Shown one piece after another: positions 59,814 through 64,000 of a DNA stretch of 64,000 nt; position 1 is the first letter of the stretch; each line of letters opens with the position of its first letter. Both the position numbers and the translations under genes were made by a program. Under the pieces are notes generated by a model, which saw only the letters and a list, made by a program, of their open reading frames with translations, had not been told where the DNA came from and did not search any database. Source of the DNA: Flaviaestuariibacter sp. (GTDB lineage Bacteria > Bacteroidota > Bacteroidia > Chitinophagales > Chitinophagaceae); contig JAOQAI010000015.1 in NCBI GenBank assembly GCA_025963645.1, positions 137,827 to 201,826 of the forward strand. The letters are read 5' to 3'.

Positions 59814-59927
59814 TAATTAAGTAAGGGTAGTAAACAGCGCTTTAACAGAACGACATTAAATTAAAAAATGATGCATGGCGGTTCACTAACGTGGCTCCAG
59901 ACAATAATTCAAAATAAATTTAAAAAG

Positions 59928-60593
59928 ATGAAACTGATTGCAAAAGATGTTTATCAAATCCCATTGATGCCTAGAAATAGCATAAACGCATACTTGGTTG
60001 AGGATGTTCTAATTGACGCAGGAATCAGAAGTTCTTCCAGCACAATATTTAGAAGTATTTCCGGGAAGCAGGTTTCCACACATGTTTTAACGCATGCGCA
60101 TGCCGATCACCAGGGGAGCAGTAAGGTGATTTGTGAGCAATTAAACATACCTCTTTGGTGTAGTCCACCAGAAAAGCCACAGGCTGAAAATGGAAATGTC
60201 ACAAAGGAATATCCAAAGCAAAATCATATTGTTACAAAGTTTCAAAAGCGCTTTTGGGCGGGAGAAGGGTATAAAGTTTCCAGAACGTTAAAGGAAAATG
60301 ATTACATCGGAGATTTTGCTGTTATAGAAACGCCCGGTCATTCAAGCGGCCATCTGTCGTTCTATAGAGAAAAAGACGGGCTATTGATTGTTGGCGACGC
60401 TCTGGTTAATATGAATTTATTAACTACCGTTGTGGGTTTACATGAACCGCCCTCCTTATTCACGGCGGATCGGGAAGTAAATATAAAATCAATAAAGAAA
60501 CTGGCATCCCTGCATCCTAAAATCCTTTGTTTTGGTCATGGTCCGGTATTAAACAATGCTGGCAAGTTCGAGCTATTCGCTAAATCTTTATAG
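59928..60593 (+). CDS. MBL-fold metallo-hydrolase
   Basis: LIDAG, THAHADHQG, TPGHS.GH, GD, FGHG. Confidence 0.93.
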   Translation: MKLIAKDVYQIPLMPRNSINAYLVEDVLIDAGIRSSSSTIFRSISGKQVSTHVLTHAHADHQGSSKVICEQLNIPLWCSPPEKPQAENGNVTKEYPKQNHIVTKFQKRFWAGEGYKVSRTLKENDYIGDFAVIETPGHSSGHLSFYREKDGLLIVGDALVNMNLLTTVVGLHEPPSLFTADREVNIKSIKKLASLHPKILCFGHGPVLNNAGKFELFAKSL

Positions 60594-60596
60594 GGC

Positions 60597-61166
60597 ATGT
60601 GTATGATACGTATTGATACAGACCGGCTAATGATCAGGCCACTCAGGATTGAAGACTTATCTGCTTTTCATTTTTATCGCTCCAACCCGGAAGTAACAAA
60701 ATACCAGGGCTTTGATGTCTTTACTTTAAAGCAGGCTGAAGCATTCATTAATTCTCAGACGGACAAAGAATTTGCGAACCCAGGTGAGTGGGTGCAGTAT
60801 GGCATTGAAAATAAAGAAACAGGTGTTCTAATTGGGGACTGTGCGATCAGACTTGGCTTGACAGATAACAGACTGGGGGAAATTGGGATCACCATTTCTC
60901 CAAAAGAACAAAAGAAGGGGTACGCGAAGGAAACGTTACACGCTATTCTTGATTTTTTATTTGGAATTGATGGATTTCATAGAGTTACTGAAATAGTTGA
61001 CACAGAAAATGTCGCCTCAATTCAACTGCTTGAAAGTTTGGGGTTTCGACGGGAGGGGCATTTTGTTGATAACATTTTTTTTAAAGGTGCCTGGGGAAGT
61101 GAATATCAATATGCTATGTTGAAAAGTGAATGGCTCCATAAAAAATTATCTAATAGAAACTCTTGA
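60597..61166 (+). CDS. RimJ/RimL-type GNAT acetyltransferase
   Basis: TDRLMIRP, QKKGYAKE, NVASIQLLESLGFRREG. Confidence 0.93.
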   Translation: MCMIRIDTDRLMIRPLRIEDLSAFHFYRSNPEVTKYQGFDVFTLKQAEAFINSQTDKEFANPGEWVQYGIENKETGVLIGDCAIRLGLTDNRLGEIGITISPKEQKKGYAKETLHAILDFLFGIDGFHRVTEIVDTENVASIQLLESLGFRREGHFVDNIFFKGAWGSEYQYAMLKSEWLHKKLSNRNS

Positions 61167-61197
61167 AGACATAAAAGTTTTGCATCCAACTAGGTAA

Positions 61198-62214
61198 ATG
61201 ATGAAGAAGTTAGCAATTATAGCGATTGGAAGTATGCTTCTGGGCTTCAGCCAGCAAAGCAGTTTTGCCCAGTCTTGCGGAACACGGCAGTTAGACCCGG
61301 AAGTTGCCGGCTTCTTAAAACTGATTGAGTATAAGGACCTGAGTTTAGAAGAACTTAGGAACTTACCGATCGAACGAATCAAATACCCATCACTCCCACA
61401 GTTTCCTTATCCAAAAGAAGATGTCAAAAGGATAAAGGTTACAAAGGACAGCATTCCTGTGTTAGTCTTTAATCCAACTCATGAGAAGAACCTGCCAATT
61501 ATTATTAGTTACCACGGTGGTGGCTTTATTTCACCACTGGTACCAGGGTTGGAGCATTCACTTTGGCTGGAAGCCAAAACCTTTAAGTCCATAGTCTTTG
61601 CTGTTGACTATCGGGTGGCTCCAGAGCATAAATTTCCGGCTGCTGTAAACGATAGTTACAATGCCTTCAAGTGGATATCGGAACATGGCAGCCAGTTTGG
61701 TGCAGATACAAACCGAATTGTACTGATGGGCAACAGTGCAGGCGCCAACCTAGTGGCAGTAATTGCACATAGGGCAAAGCGAGATAACATCGTTCGCAGG
61801 ATAAAATTACAAGTACTCAACGGCCTGCCAGGTGATTTGCGTCCAAAACATATGGAGGCCTCCTTTTCTTATCAGCAGAATGCAACTGGCTATTTTCAAA
61901 CGAAAGCAGCCTGCTCTTTATCGGCAGAAAACTATGCGCCAGGCCAATTCGACCTTGTGGAGGTGTCACCTTTATTAACTACAGATTTTAGCAGCTTACC
62001 GCCGGCAGTTATTATCAACGCAGAATTTGATCCACTACGAGATGATGGCTCCTTGTACGCTTTCAAGTTAAAAAAAGCTGGTGTGAAAGTTTGGGAGAAA
62101 TGCTTTGCTGGGCAGATCCATTGCTTAATTGGCGCTTCACCGAATGGGGAAGCGGTAAGAGCCTATGAAGCACTTGTAAAAGCGGCTATGAACGATACTT
62201 TTTCCAAATTTTAG
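61198..62214 (+). CDS. Secreted HSL-family esterase/lipase
   Basis: HGGGF, DYRVAPEH.FP, GNSAGAN, DPLRD, H. Confidence 0.93.
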   Translation: MMKKLAIIAIGSMLLGFSQQSSFAQSCGTRQLDPEVAGFLKLIEYKDLSLEELRNLPIERIKYPSLPQFPYPKEDVKRIKVTKDSIPVLVFNPTHEKNLPIIISYHGGGFISPLVPGLEHSLWLEAKTFKSIVFAVDYRVAPEHKFPAAVNDSYNAFKWISEHGSQFGADTNRIVLMGNSAGANLVAVIAHRAKRDNIVRRIKLQVLNGLPGDLRPKHMEASFSYQQNATGYFQTKAACSLSAENYAPGQFDLVEVSPLLTTDFSSLPPAVIINAEFDPLRDDGSLYAFKLKKAGVKVWEKCFAGQIHCLIGASPNGEAVRAYEALVKAAMNDTFSKF

Positions 62215-62379
62215 AAAACGTATGCCTCAAAGGTAGGGAATAGGAAATGGAAGAAGAATGCTTCGTATCAACTCTTGATTCTTAAACGAAAAAAATAGCC
62301 CAATAGAAAAATAGATGTGCACACACCTAACCTCTCTGGCTAGAATACGAAATAACTAAACCGGCAAATCTGCTTCAAC

Positions 62380-63339
62380 ATGAAAGCGTTTACAAAAAAT
62401 AAATATGGAGGCCCCGAAATACTTCGATTTCAAGAAGTAGAGAAACCAGCAGTCAGAGATGGCCATCTTCTGGTAAGGGTGATGGCAAATTCAGCCAATC
62501 CAGTTGACTGGCATATTCTCAGGGGCAAGCCTTTTTTTGCACGTTTCTCTTTCGGCTTATTCCGGCCTAAATATAAAATTCCGGGCGCTGATTTTTCCGG
62601 GGTGGTAGTGGAGACAGGAATCGGGGTAAAGCATTTTAAGATAGGAGATAGGGTATTTGGTGAAACCCTTAGTGGAGGCTCTTTTGCAGAATACACTTCT
62701 GTGCCTGAAAGCGTTTGTGGATCTATGCCTGCAGGGACGGATTTCATTGAAATGGCTAGCGTGCCAATTGCAGGGTTAACGGCCTTGCAGGCACTTATTA
62801 CTCATGGAAAACTCAAATCAGGGGAATCTGTTCTAATAAATGGTTCTTCAGGAGGGGTAGGTCATCTGGCAGTGCAAATTGCAAAAGCCTATGGTGCTAA
62901 AGTCACTGCCGTTTGTTCTGCTAAAAACATTGAGTTTGTGACCCTATTGGGAGCTGACCATGTGATTGCATATGACAAAGAAAGCATCCACCGCCACACA
63001 GGGAAATACGATCTTGTTATCGATACTCATGGCAATCTTGCTTATAAGGACTATGTACGAATGGGCCGGCGCGGTGTGATGGTTGGTTTTACCACTATGG
63101 GTCGTATGGTCTCTCTCCTTTTAAGAAAAAGCATAGGCAAGTTTGAGATAGCCCAATTTACGGCGGATGCCAACACCAAAGATTTGGAGGCATTAGGCGG
63201 GTTAATTAAAAACGAGAAAATCCAAGTTCACATAGACAAAACGTACACTTATAAAAGCATACCTGAAGCTATAAAGTATATAGAAGCACTACATACTAAA
63301 GGCAAGGTGGCAATGGTATGGGAAAACATTGAAGACTGA
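62380..63339 (+). CDS. NAD(P)-dependent MDR oxidoreductase (quinone reductase-like)
   Basis: YGGPE, NPVDW, GADFSG, INGSSGGVG, GKV. Confidence 0.95.
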   Translation: MKAFTKNKYGGPEILRFQEVEKPAVRDGHLLVRVMANSANPVDWHILRGKPFFARFSFGLFRPKYKIPGADFSGVVVETGIGVKHFKIGDRVFGETLSGGSFAEYTSVPESVCGSMPAGTDFIEMASVPIAGLTALQALITHGKLKSGESVLINGSSGGVGHLAVQIAKAYGAKVTAVCSAKNIEFVTLLGADHVIAYDKESIHRHTGKYDLVIDTHGNLAYKDYVRMGRRGVMVGFTTMGRMVSLLLRKSIGKFEIAQFTADANTKDLEALGGLIKNEKIQVHIDKTYTYKSIPEAIKYIEALHTKGKVAMVWENIED

Positions 63340-63511
63340 CCTAAAGTGGTCATCTATTTTTTTCTATTGAATATGTCGCTAAGGCTCAAGTATGCACGAA
63401 TTTATCCCCAACCTATAGAACTTTCTAAAAGAACCTCTACTACTTTTTAGGTATCAATGAACCTGCTTTGCCCTGGGCAATAGACGCGGATGAATATTAT
63501 AACAAGCTCAG

Positions 63512-63694
63512 ATGGAAGAAGATTTAAGCCAATTAGAATTTAATAATTTGGTTAATGATTTAATTAATAAAAAGGTTGAATTCGAGAATGCAGTGGCAGT
63601 GAAAAGTGCTCATGATGAAATCAACAATATTTATAATGAACTTAAGAGGTTGCAAAATGTGATGAACCGTGTTATCATTAAAAAGCAAGAGTAG
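63512..63694 (+). CDS. Small hypothetical helical protein
   Basis: 60-aa ATG-started ORF with amphipathic pattern; no family recognised. Confidence 0.4.
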   Translation: MEEDLSQLEFNNLVNDLINKKVEFENAVAVKSAHDEINNIYNELKRLQNVMNRVIIKKQE

Positions 63695-64000
63695 TTGTAC
63701 CGTTTGAATCTTTGATAATCTGCTGCCAAGAAGCAGCGATTATTTAAGGTGGTTGAGACGCTTTAGCTGTAAAAAGAATACAAAAAGCGCTTTAAACCGT
63801 TTACAGTTACAGTGTGCATCATGTGACTAGTCTTTTGTCCTGGTTTTATATCTCTGGGAACCTTAAAGAGCTTAGGTGCATTAAAGATCCACGAAAAGTA
63901 GTATAGCGGTTCTATTACAAATTAAGTCCTTAAGCCAATTAGGCAACCTTATGGGTAAAACAGATATGTGCCAAACAATAAACTTCCCTTTTTGTAACAA

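Noticed and set aside
59928-60593. MBL-fold gene as a metallo-beta-lactamase resistance gene
   Set aside because: No signal peptide; motif pattern fits generic cytoplasmic MBL-fold hydrolases

Overview
Bacteroidetes (Chitinophagaceae-like) accessory region with no rRNA, tRNA, CRISPR array or intact integrase/transposase. 1-2.6 kb (minus strand): four-gene signalling operon (small protein with a CPxxCP tail, multi-TM membrane protein, single-TM HisKA_3 kinase, NarL/LuxR regulator), then a truncated AraC-type gene. 3-20 kb (plus strand, divergent across tandem palindromic boxes): a signal-peptide-bearing Rhs polymorphic toxin locus. It holds a coiled-coil/beta-barrel protein, a YD-repeat partner, a stand-alone Ig-like protein, a 2971-aa Rhs (94-aa Ig-like repeats, DUF6443-like region, Tlde1/DUF2778-like tip), an immunity candidate, a decayed orphan tip/immunity pair and a second core scar. 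20-64 kb is a patchwork of small modules and pseudogenes. Notable are an ART-fold/small-subunit/GMC-oxidoreductase operon, an 841-aa uncharacterised protein paired with an amidase, a frameshifted class D beta-lactamase beside a short SEDS-like gene, and four copies of a degenerate ~70-bp intergenic repeat. All assignments are from manual motif reading; no searches were run.
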